A stretch of DNA of 64,000 bases from the NCBI GenBank assembly GCA_963695555.1, contig CAVOGR010000002.1:384001-448000 (forward strand), written 5' to 3'. Below, one piece after another: positions 55,985 through 64,000 of this stretch; position 1 is the stretch's first letter, and the number at the start of each line of letters is the position of its first letter. The notes below the pieces were generated by a model. The model searched no databases, was not told the DNA's origin, and saw only the letters and a list, made by a program, of their open reading frames with translations. This DNA comes from an uncultured Gemmatimonadales bacterium. Lineage in GTDB: Bacteria; Gemmatimonadota; Gemmatimonadetes; Gemmatimonadales; GWC2-71-9. The translations under genes were made by a program, and so were the position numbers.

Positions 55985-57793
55985 GTGACGAGAGTCCGGG
56001 CCGCGACGACGGCAGCCGAAGGACGCGGGCATCTCGTCGCGACGCATCTGCTGGTAGCGATCTGTTGCGGTATCCTGACGGGGTCCGCCGAGCTCGCGAT
56101 CATGTGGGTGCGTGAGACGGTATTTGGCCGGATGGCGTTCGGGAGCCGGCACATGCTGTGGATGACGCCCCTTACTTATGCCATGGTGTTCGCGTTTCTG
56201 GGCCTGGGTGTTGCCGCCGCGTCGCTGCGCGCTCCCCGTCTGGTGACTCTTCGGGTCGGCCTGTTCGGCTTTATTGCCTTCGGCGTGTTCTGTTTGTTCC
56301 TCCCCTTTCCGCAGATCCATCGTCTGGCCGCGCTCCTGCTGGCCCTGGGCGTCGCGGTGCAGGCGACGCGGGCACTGACCGCCGTCGGGCGCCGACCAGC
56401 CGTGCTGGTACGCCGCGCCACCCCCTGGCTCTCAGCCCTGGTACTCCTGGCCGCCGCCAGCAAGTTGGGATGGGAAGCGGTGCGCGAACGGCGGGCCTAC
56501 GCCGATCTGCCCGCCGCCGACCAGGCGGCGCCCAGCGTGCTGCTCATCATCTGGGACACGGTGCGGGCGGCCAGCATGAGTCTGTATGGGCATCACCACT
56601 CGACGACACCCACGCTCGAACGCCTGGCCCAAGACGGGGTCGTATTCGACTGGGCGATCGCGACGTCGCCGTGGACCTTGCCGTCGCATGGGACCATGTT
56701 CACCGGTCACTTCCCGCACGAACTCAGCACGGACTGGTTCACCCCACTGGATGGAACGTTCCCTACGCTCGCCGAGGTGCTCCGAGACCACGGCTACGCC
56801 ACCGGCGGCTTCACGGCGAACGGGCGCTACACCGGCTACCGGACCGGGCTCGACCGCGGGTTCGGGATCTACCGGGATTATCGGGTCTCGCGCTCGCAGA
56901 TCCTGTGGAGCACCCAGTTACTGAATAGCCGAGTCGTGCACGATCTGACGTTGAGCCGTTCGCTGGGAGAATTCGTGGCCGCCTTGCGGGCGTTTCAATG
57001 GACCGTTTTCGACACGCCGGGCTACGACACCAAGCACGCCGCCGACGTGAACGACGAGTTCCTCGATTGGCACTCCGGCATCGGCCAACGCCCCTACTTT
57101 GCCTTCCTCAACTACATGGACTCTCACGCCCCCTACTGGTCCAGGCCCTCGGATTTGACGCGGTTTACCGAGGGCACCGACCTCGAAGTCCACTATGACG
57201 CGTCGATCGCCTACCTCGACGCCCAGGTCGGTGCCTTGCTCAGCAAGCTCGGGGACCTCGACAACACCATCGTCGTGATCGCATCGGACCATGGCGAATT
57301 GTTCGGCGAGCACGGCTTGTACGGGCATTCCCAAAGCCTGCACTTCCGGGTGCTGCATGTTCCCCTCGTCGTCCTGTCGCCGGGCCGCGCACCGGTGGGA
57401 ATTCGTATCGATGAGCCCGTGAGCCTGCGAGACCTGCCAGCGACGATCCTGGAAATGGCCGGCGTGTCGGAAGCCACCCGGTTTCCGGGCACCAGCCTGT
57501 CGCGCTACTGGGATGGGTCGGGTGCCAGGGCGGGCGCGCTTCTCTCCGAGGTCCGGCAGGGCCACAACACACCGGATTCGGTACCGATCAGCCGCGGCCC
57601 GATGAAATCGCTGACGGCACGGGGCCTGCACTACATCTTGAACGGCGACGGGCAGGAGGAACTCTACGACTACGTGGCCGACGATGCCGAGACGTCCAAC
57701 CTCTTGAATGCTCCGGACAGTGTGGCGACGGGCTCAGACCTGCCCTGGTTTCGCGAGGAGCTGAAACGCATGCTGCGTACCGAGGAGCCGTGA
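55985..57793 (+). CDS. Membrane-anchored sulfatase/alkaline-phosphatase superfamily protein
   Basis: About 5 N-terminal TM segments; 'IIWDTVRA', 'SPWTLPSH..MFTG', 'NYMDSHAPY', 'SDHGE', 'GH'. Confidence 0.85.
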   Translation: MTRVRAATTAAEGRGHLVATHLLVAICCGILTGSAELAIMWVRETVFGRMAFGSRHMLWMTPLTYAMVFAFLGLGVAAASLRAPRLVTLRVGLFGFIAFGVFCLFLPFPQIHRLAALLLALGVAVQATRALTAVGRRPAVLVRRATPWLSALVLLAAASKLGWEAVRERRAYADLPAADQAAPSVLLIIWDTVRAASMSLYGHHHSTTPTLERLAQDGVVFDWAIATSPWTLPSHGTMFTGHFPHELSTDWFTPLDGTFPTLAEVLRDHGYATGGFTANGRYTGYRTGLDRGFGIYRDYRVSRSQILWSTQLLNSRVVHDLTLSRSLGEFVAALRAFQWTVFDTPGYDTKHAADVNDEFLDWHSGIGQRPYFAFLNYMDSHAPYWSRPSDLTRFTEGTDLEVHYDASIAYLDAQVGALLSKLGDLDNTIVVIASDHGELFGEHGLYGHSQSLHFRVLHVPLVVLSPGRAPVGIRIDEPVSLRDLPATILEMAGVSEATRFPGTSLSRYWDGSGARAGALLSEVRQGHNTPDSVPISRGPMKSLTARGLHYILNGDGQEELYDYVADDAETSNLLNAPDSVATGSDLPWFREELKRMLRTEEP

Positions 57794-59550
57794 GACTGGT
57801 CGGCTCACCACCCTGGATGACATTGCTCGCCCGACGATGGCTCTTCGCCGCGATCCTTACAGGCATCGTCATCCTGGGGCTCGCGGCCGAGTTCATCGCC
57901 CCACCCGGCGCGGACAACGCCTACCTGCTCTACACGGCCGGCCGGGTGCTCGACGGCGCCAAGCTCTACGTCGACATCCTCGAGGTCAACCCGCCCCTCA
58001 TTGTCGCCTTCAATTTTCCGCCGGTTCTGCTCGCCCGGATGACGGGGCTGCCCGACCTGCTGGTTTTTCGGCTTGGGGTCGGCCTGTTGCTCGGCGTTTC
58101 GATTCTCTTGGCACAGGTGGGGCTCCGCTCGATTGTCCAGGGCGGGCTACTCGGCCGACGTGCCTTCACCCTACTCCTGGCCTTCGCCTTGTTCGTCATG
58201 CCGGCCGAGACCTTTGGCGAGCGCGAGCACCTGATGCTCGCACTCGTCCTGCCATACCTCTTCGCGGTCATTGCTCGGGTCATGGGTGGGTCGATTCCGA
58301 CACGGTACGCCCACGTGATCGGCATCCTCGCCGGGTTTGGATTCGCGCTCAAGCCCCACTTCGCGCTGGTCTGGGTGTTGCTCGAGGTGTGGCTCGTGGT
58401 GGTCCGCCGGGTGAGACCGATCGTCCGGCCGGAGAATGGGTGGGTTGCCACCGTGCTCCTGGCCTATGCGGGCTCGGTCCTGTTGCTAACACCCGAGTAC
58501 TTCGATCTCGTGCGCCGTTTCGGCGCCCTGTACCTGGCTTTCTTCCGGGCCTCACTCGTCAAGACGCTCCTGTTCGGGGAACGCTCGCGTCTTCCACTGC
58601 TGGCGCTGCTGGCATACCTCGCCCTGAGAAAGCAGTGCCCGACACCTGCGCTCCTCACCGGGCTGGCGGTCGCGGTCGCGGGTCTCGTGACGGTGGCGAC
58701 CATCCAACAGAAGGGGTGGAACTATCACTTCTACCCGGCCTCGGCCGCGGCACTCCTGCTCCTGAGCACCATGGTGGTGACAGTGCGTCGTCCGGTCATG
58801 TCGCTTGCTCGCCAGATCTACGGTGTGGTCGCCTTCGGTGTGGTGGTGGCCGTAATGACGAGCGCGATGCTGGTGTCCGCCTGGCGCCTGGCCGACCCTC
58901 GCGGCCCTAAGGTGGAGCCGCATCCGGCATATTGGGAGTTGGCCGATCTGGTGAGCCAGCGTGCCCGCGGGGGTCCGATCCTAGTCTTGTCCTGGGCGAT
59001 GGGGTCGGCCTGGCCGCTGACCTACGCCACGGGTGCCCAATGGTCCATGCGATTCCCCAGCCTGTGGATGGTATGGGTGCTCTACGCCGACCAATTCGCG
59101 GAGCCCGGTAGCATCCGGTATCACTCGCCCGCCAACGAGCCCCCGCAGGAGACGTTTCTGCGCGACGCCGTTGCCAGCGACATGGAACGATTCGAGCCCG
59201 AGCTTCTCATCGTGTTCTCCGCGGCCCCGGACTCGCCGGAGAGCGGACTCAGCCGGCTCGATTATCTGGCGTACTTTGCGCGCGACCCGAGAATTGCTCA
59301 GCAGCTTCGATACTATCGGTATCTCAACACGATCGGCGTCCACGATGTGTACCAGCGTGTCGCCGAGGCGGCGCTCGAAGGCCCGCGCCGGCCGCCAGCA
59401 CATGACGTTGGCGCCCCGGCACCCGAGCTGCCTCCTGAGAGGCGGGCCGCGCTGTTCGGCTTTGTCGGAATGTTCCAACTGTTCGTGTTCCTGGTCAGTA
59501 GCATGCTGGCACTCGCCTTCACGTGGCACCGGGGAGCGGGCGAAGCCTAA
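57790..59550 (+). CDS. Polytopic membrane protein, GT-C-like (paralog 1)
   Basis: Many TM segments; acidic first loop 'DNAY..YVDILEVNPP', 'GEREH', 'KPHF', 'QQKGWNYH'. Confidence 0.6.
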   Translation: MRLVGSPPWMTLLARRWLFAAILTGIVILGLAAEFIAPPGADNAYLLYTAGRVLDGAKLYVDILEVNPPLIVAFNFPPVLLARMTGLPDLLVFRLGVGLLLGVSILLAQVGLRSIVQGGLLGRRAFTLLLAFALFVMPAETFGEREHLMLALVLPYLFAVIARVMGGSIPTRYAHVIGILAGFGFALKPHFALVWVLLEVWLVVVRRVRPIVRPENGWVATVLLAYAGSVLLLTPEYFDLVRRFGALYLAFFRASLVKTLLFGERSRLPLLALLAYLALRKQCPTPALLTGLAVAVAGLVTVATIQQKGWNYHFYPASAAALLLLSTMVVTVRRPVMSLARQIYGVVAFGVVVAVMTSAMLVSAWRLADPRGPKVEPHPAYWELADLVSQRARGGPILVLSWAMGSAWPLTYATGAQWSMRFPSLWMVWVLYADQFAEPGSIRYHSPANEPPQETFLRDAVASDMERFEPELLIVFSAAPDSPESGLSRLDYLAYFARDPRIAQQLRYYRYLNTIGVHDVYQRVAEAALEGPRRPPAHDVGAPAPELPPERRAALFGFVGMFQLFVFLVSSMLALAFTWHRGAGEA

Positions 59551-59552
59551 CC

Positions 59553-61298
59553 ATGTCCTGGAGCGTCCTCCCGAAACAGCGTTGGGTCCTGGTGGTGATC
59601 CTCTCCGGCATCGCGATCCTCGGCATGACCGCCGAGTTCGTGGCCCCGCCCGACCCGGACAACGCCTTCTTGCTCTATGCCGCCGGACGGGTGCTCGACG
59701 GTGCCAAGCTCTACGTCGATATCATTGAGATCAATCCGCCACTGATTATCGCGTTCAACTTCCCGCCGATCCTCATTGCACGGGTGATCGGGGTCTCGGA
59801 GCTCCTCGTCTTTCGGGTCGGGGTGGCCTGCCTGCTCGGCCTGTCGCTCCTGGCCTCTCGAGTTGGGTTGCGCGCCATTTTTTTAGGCCGGGACAGAGCG
59901 GTGCGTACCTCGATGACGATCCTGATCGCCTTCGTTCTCTTTCTTCTGCCGGGTGAAGTGTTCAGCGAGCGTGAGCATCTCATGTTCGCGCTGGTGTTGC
60001 CCTACCTCTTAGTGACGATCGCCCGGCGCATGAATCGCCCGATCCCCGTCCCCCATGCGCACGCGATCGGCGCGCTCGCGGGACTGGGATTCGCGCTCAA
60101 GCCGCAGTTCGTGCTGCTCTGGCTGGTCGTCGAACTGTGGCTCGCTGCCAGCCGACGAGCGTGGCCCAAGCTTCGTCCTGAGAACACGTGGGTCGCGGTG
60201 ATTTTCGTGGTGTACGCCCTCGCCGCCCTCGCCTTGACCCCCGAGTACCTCGACGTGGTCAATGAACTCGGCGGGCCATACCTGTCGTTTCTCAGGAACT
60301 CGCCGATCATGACGCTCATGTTCGGTAGCGGAGCGCGACTGCCTTTGGTGGCCCTCCTCGCGTTCCTGGCCCTCCGCGGGCGGTGCTCGCACCCGGCGGT
60401 CAACGCCGGACTCGCCGTTGCAATTGTTGGATTGTTGCTCGTGGGCACGATTCAAGGAAAAGGATGGAGCTATCACTTCTATCCCGCGTCCGCGACGTCA
60501 GTCGTTCTCCTCGGGCTCATGGTTGCAACTGTTCGGCGACCGCTCACGTCGTTGGCGCCGCGGGTCTATGGCGTCGTGGGGTACGGGCTCGTGGCAGCGG
60601 TTGTTCTGGGCGCGGTTACCATGGCTGCCTGGAAGGTGATGGACCCCAAAGGGCCGGAGGTCGAGCCGTTCCCGGAGTTCTGGGAACTCGCCGAGCTGGT
60701 GCGAGACCGTGCGGCCGGCGAAGCGGTAGCAGTGTTGTCCTACAACATGCGGTCGGCATGGCCACTGGTTCCTTATGCCCACGCCGAATGGCCGCTGCGT
60801 TATCCGAGTATGTGGATTCTCTGGGTGCTGTATGCTGACCAGTTCCAGCAGCCGGACCCGCTCGTCTATCGGCCGGCCAGCAGCGAGATGCCGCTGGAGC
60901 GCAACTTCAAGCTCGCGGTCGTGTCCGACCTGGAACGAGCGAAGCCGAGGCTACTCGTCGTTCTAGGATCGGCCAGGGATGTGCCAGGGAACGATGCACG
61001 GCGGCTCGACTACCTCGCGTATTTCTCACGGGTGCCACGCTTCGCGCGTGAGCTTGCCTCATACCGCTATGTGACGACCCTCGGTCAACATGATGTCTAT
61101 GAGCGGACATCCGAGCCGTTGCCTGTTGCAGCGACGCGCCCGCCGAATCATGCCCAAGGAGACCTCGAGGCCGCCACGCGTCCCGGGATCCGATTTGCGT
61201 TTGGCGGTCTGGCGGAGCGAGTTCGCCTCGTGGTTTTTCTTCTTGCTGTTGGAGTTGCAGTCGGCACCGGGTGGCACCGAGGGGAAGGTAGGGCCTAA
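59553..61298 (+). CDS. Polytopic membrane protein, GT-C-like (paralog 2)
   Basis: Colinear with the upstream paralog: 'DNAF..YVDIIEINPP', 'SEREH', 'KPQF', 'QGKGWSYH'. Confidence 0.6.
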   Translation: MSWSVLPKQRWVLVVILSGIAILGMTAEFVAPPDPDNAFLLYAAGRVLDGAKLYVDIIEINPPLIIAFNFPPILIARVIGVSELLVFRVGVACLLGLSLLASRVGLRAIFLGRDRAVRTSMTILIAFVLFLLPGEVFSEREHLMFALVLPYLLVTIARRMNRPIPVPHAHAIGALAGLGFALKPQFVLLWLVVELWLAASRRAWPKLRPENTWVAVIFVVYALAALALTPEYLDVVNELGGPYLSFLRNSPIMTLMFGSGARLPLVALLAFLALRGRCSHPAVNAGLAVAIVGLLLVGTIQGKGWSYHFYPASATSVVLLGLMVATVRRPLTSLAPRVYGVVGYGLVAAVVLGAVTMAAWKVMDPKGPEVEPFPEFWELAELVRDRAAGEAVAVLSYNMRSAWPLVPYAHAEWPLRYPSMWILWVLYADQFQQPDPLVYRPASSEMPLERNFKLAVVSDLERAKPRLLVVLGSARDVPGNDARRLDYLAYFSRVPRFARELASYRYVTTLGQHDVYERTSEPLPVAATRPPNHAQGDLEAATRPGIRFAFGGLAERVRLVVFLLAVGVAVGTGWHRGEGRA

Positions 61299-62038
61299 GC
61301 CCCAGCCTTTCGAGCGATCGCGAGGAGAGAGAGCCCGGCCGGGAACCCGCGCGGGCGCCCATTGGGAACTAGGTGTCGCCGCTCGCTCGCGAACACCCGA
61401 GTCATGAGCCGGTTTGCCCAGGGTGGTGGCATCGAGAGATCGGCCTTGCCGACGCTCCGGATGACGCGCCGAGCCAAGCGCGCCGCCACGGCGGATGGGA
61501 ACAGATACGAGTTGAAGTAGGTGAGTTGCTCGATCTCGAACCCTGCCTGCTGCAACAGCGCAGCCACTTCCTTCCTGACGTAGCGACGCTTGTGTTCGTT
61601 GAGTACGTCGTGTTCCGACCAAAGCCACATGTACGCCGGCACGGTAATCATGACGAGGCCACGATCGGCGAGTACGTCGCGGGCATTTGTGAGCGCCGAG
61701 AGATCGTCGTCGACGTGCTCGATGACGTCGAAGAAGCCGACCGCGTCGAAGCGTTTGTCTTGGACGGCGGAAAAATCCTCGGTGGAACCTGGCACCACCT
61801 GTGTCAAGCCGCGGTCTTGGCAGATCTTGACGGCGACCGGTGACGGATCGATGCCCCACGCGTCGAATTCCTGCTGTGCCCCTTCGAGGAAATATCCCGT
61901 CGCGCAGCCGACGTCGAGAATGCGCCCCCCGCGCGGGAGGTAGTGCCTGAAGAGCGCCAAGAGGATCTGACGGCGCGCGACGAACCACCAATGGGATCGT
62001 TCGACCTCCAGGAACTTCCAATACAGGCTCTCATCCAT
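61295..62038 (-). CDS. Class I SAM-dependent methyltransferase
   Basis: 'HWWF..RR', 'ILDVGCATG', 'DVIEH', 'TVPAY.WLWS.HD..NEHKRRY'. Confidence 0.9.
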   Translation of the reverse strand: MDESLYWKFLEVERSHWWFVARRQILLALFRHYLPRGGRILDVGCATGYFLEGAQQEFDAWGIDPSPVAVKICQDRGLTQVVPGSTEDFSAVQDKRFDAVGFFDVIEHVDDDLSALTNARDVLADRGLVMITVPAYMWLWSEHDVLNEHKRRYVRKEVAALLQQAGFEIEQLTYFNSYLFPSAVAARLARRVIRSVGKADLSMPPPWANRLMTRVFASERRHLVPNGRPRGFPAGLSLLAIARKAGA

Positions 62039-62071
62039 TGATAGGACTCCCGGGCATACCAAACGTGGTTG

Positions 62072-63112
62072 TCACGGGCGCACCTGGAAGGCGTGGGACG
62101 TGTCCGCGACGGATTGGTGCGGCTTCAACCGGAGCGCCGCCGCCGTCCATCGTCGCACCATCCATGAGGTCATTGCGATCGCGCCCGCCGCGAGGAGCAA
62201 CCCACCGGCACCATCCAGTGCGTAGTGCCAGCCCAGCATGACCGTGGATGCCCAGACCGTCAAGACCCACGGCACGGTAAAGAACATGGTCTTCCGGTTC
62301 CCGACGCCAAGCCAATAGGCGGTGAGGCCGACCATCGCGATGTGGAGGCTCGGCATGGCGGAAACGCCGCCCAGGAGGGCCGCATTCAGGGTCACGTCGG
62401 CTGGATCCATGGCAATCAGTCGCGCGATGTATTCCATGGCCAGGCCGCTGGGTGACCCGTCCAGATATCCGAATAGTTCCGGCTGATAGAAGGCGGGGCC
62501 CATGACCGGGGTTACCAGGCCGATCAAGCGACCCAGGTAAAAGATCAAGATGAACGAGACAAAGAAGCTGGTCAGCAGGCGGGGTTTGCGCCCAACCACA
62601 AAGAGGAGGAAGACGGCGCCCAACTCGATGGTCCACGCACTATGGTACAACGTCTCCCACGCCAGGACGAGGAATGCGTGCCTGGTGACCCAGGTGAAAA
62701 GGCCGCTTTCCAGGGCCCAGAAAAAGGAGTCCCGCCACGCAGTCACTGAATCCAGCAGCGTGAGGCTAATCAACGTGATGTTGGCCGTCTGCACCACGAA
62801 ATAGACCGCCGGAGCCATGAGCAAGAGCGGCCACGGCCCTAGGCTGAAGAACCCCATGCGACGCCAGAGTCCCCGCCGACCCGGAAGGAGCCTGGAGGTA
62901 ATCACTGTGGCTCCATCCCAGAGCACCGCCCAGAGCAAGATGTGACCGAGAGCGAACGCCAGCAGCATGCTGGTCTTGTCCAGCCAGAACGAGAAGCGAG
63001 ATCCCACGACCACAGCAACGAGTGCCGTGCTGACGAGCGACACCGCACCCGTAGCGAGGATGAGCGCGAGATGGGTAGCCGCCTCTCGCCAGGAAGCGCG
63101 TATCGCGTTCAT
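62072..63112 (-). CDS. PAP2_3 / AUR1-like membrane phosphotransferase
   Basis: 'P.MGP', 'SAMPSLH', 'GWHYALD' motifs in a TM protein. Confidence 0.75.
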   Translation of the reverse strand: MNAIRASWREAATHLALILATGAVSLVSTALVAVVVGSRFSFWLDKTSMLLAFALGHILLWAVLWDGATVITSRLLPGRRGLWRRMGFFSLGPWPLLLMAPAVYFVVQTANITLISLTLLDSVTAWRDSFFWALESGLFTWVTRHAFLVLAWETLYHSAWTIELGAVFLLFVVGRKPRLLTSFFVSFILIFYLGRLIGLVTPVMGPAFYQPELFGYLDGSPSGLAMEYIARLIAMDPADVTLNAALLGGVSAMPSLHIAMVGLTAYWLGVGNRKTMFFTVPWVLTVWASTVMLGWHYALDGAGGLLLAAGAIAMTSWMVRRWTAAALRLKPHQSVADTSHAFQVRP

Positions 63113-63139
63113 GCGGTGATGCGTCCCGTGGTCATCCGG

Positions 63140-64000
63140 CTACTCGGCCTTCCGGTCGGCCCGGGCTCGTTCATAGCAAGCCCAAAGCTTGTGCCAGTCT
63201 GAGCCTCTTCGGTCTTGCTCGTCGCCCGACGCCGGGTAGCCACGCTGCAGCAGCACTGCCCTGTCGTCGCAGTACCTGACCCCCCAGGTGAAGTCTCGTG
63301 CAAGCTCGTGCGCCAAGGGTGAGCCCGTACCGAGAAGTGCCAAGGAGACCTTGCGTTGCTCGAGGTTGTCCCGCCAGCCCGGCGTCAGGGTGATGGTTTC
63401 GATAAACTCACGGTAGAGGTCGGTGCCGTAGTAGTCCGTCCCGCCGTCGATGAAGACCCGTTGTTCGGGCCACTCGAGCAGCAGGTAGCCGCCCCAGATG
63501 AATTCGTGGAATAAATTGCCTTCGACCCCGTCACGCCGTGCCTCTTCGACCGCGGCCACTGGAAACACCTTGGGGTCGAATGTATTGGGCACTACCATCA
63601 CGGGGCCGATCGTGCCGCGATTGAGCGCGACGACGATGAGGACAACCGTTATTCCGAGCGCCCATGGGCCGGACCTGCGGCGCTGTTCGTCGCGCTCGAA
63701 GGCCGCCCGGATTCGGCCGATACCCGGAAGCCGGCGCCATTCGGGGTCGACATGGAGCGCCATCACCGCCACGGCCGTGAGCCCGAAGAGGGCGATGTTG
63801 CGCTGGGCGATGAGGCTGAAGGCTATGCTCGCCAAAATGAGAAAGAACCGCGGATATGTCGGCCGCTTACGGCTCCAGGCAAGGCCACCCACGACGAGGA
63901 GCATCACTCCCAAGAAGATCTTCCCGGTCCACACGTGGAAGTTGGGCGACATGAACTCGTTGGTCACGTCGCTCAGATAGCCCTCACCGAAGAACCCCAC
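63140..64000 (-). CDS. Partial membrane protein (possible GT-C-like); 5' end lies outside the window
   Basis: TM segments, 'RNIALF', 'FPVAA', 'WGGYL', 'VFIDG..D.YG'. Confidence 0.55.
   Translation of the reverse strand: MGFFGEGYLSDVTNEFMSPNFHVWTGKIFLGVMLLVVGGLAWSRKRPTYPRFFLILASIAFSLIAQRNIALFGLTAVAVMALHVDPEWRRLPGIGRIRAAFERDEQRRRSGPWALGITVVLIVVALNRGTIGPVMVVPNTFDPKVFPVAAVEEARRDGVEGNLFHEFIWGGYLLLEWPEQRVFIDGGTDYYGTDLYREFIETITLTPGWRDNLEQRKVSLALLGTGSPLAHELARDFTWGVRYCDDRAVLLQRGYPASGDEQDRRGSDWHKLWACYERARADRKAE

Overview
High-GC bacterial chromosome segment that spans the replication origin. Gene content (GWxTD protein, TPR-fused Ser/Thr kinase, PlpD-like patatin) suggests a Gemmatimonadota-like organism; this is inference, not a database result. 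Core blocks: a coupled holA-SPOR-mutS-tonB-cbs-ddl-rhomboid operon; mnmE-yidC-yidD-rnpA-rpmH divergent from dnaA-oriC-dnaN with no recF/gyrB following; rnpB; pyrE, polA, rnd, ferredoxin, ppc, def; and a sufR-sufBCDSU operon extended by a bacilliredoxin and a small Sm/LSm-fold-like protein. Two accessory-looking modules stand out. The first (18.0-24.3 kb) has a heme-c sensor kinase, a sigma-54 activator carrying a 1-nt frameshift, two atypical receiver proteins and a nine-heme cytochrome c/cytochrome b fusion with CbcL-like architecture. The second (56-64 kb) is a cell-surface modification locus with a sulfatase-like protein, tandem GT-C-like paralogs, a methyltransferase and an AUR1/PAP2_3-like enzyme. 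Features absent from the ORF track include rpmH, a 56-aa ORF, probable CTG starts, apparently leaderless genes, and a recurring TAGTAG-N6-CTACTA palindrome with TAG enrichment at convergent gene ends. No CRISPR array, tRNA, rRNA or transposase was recognised.
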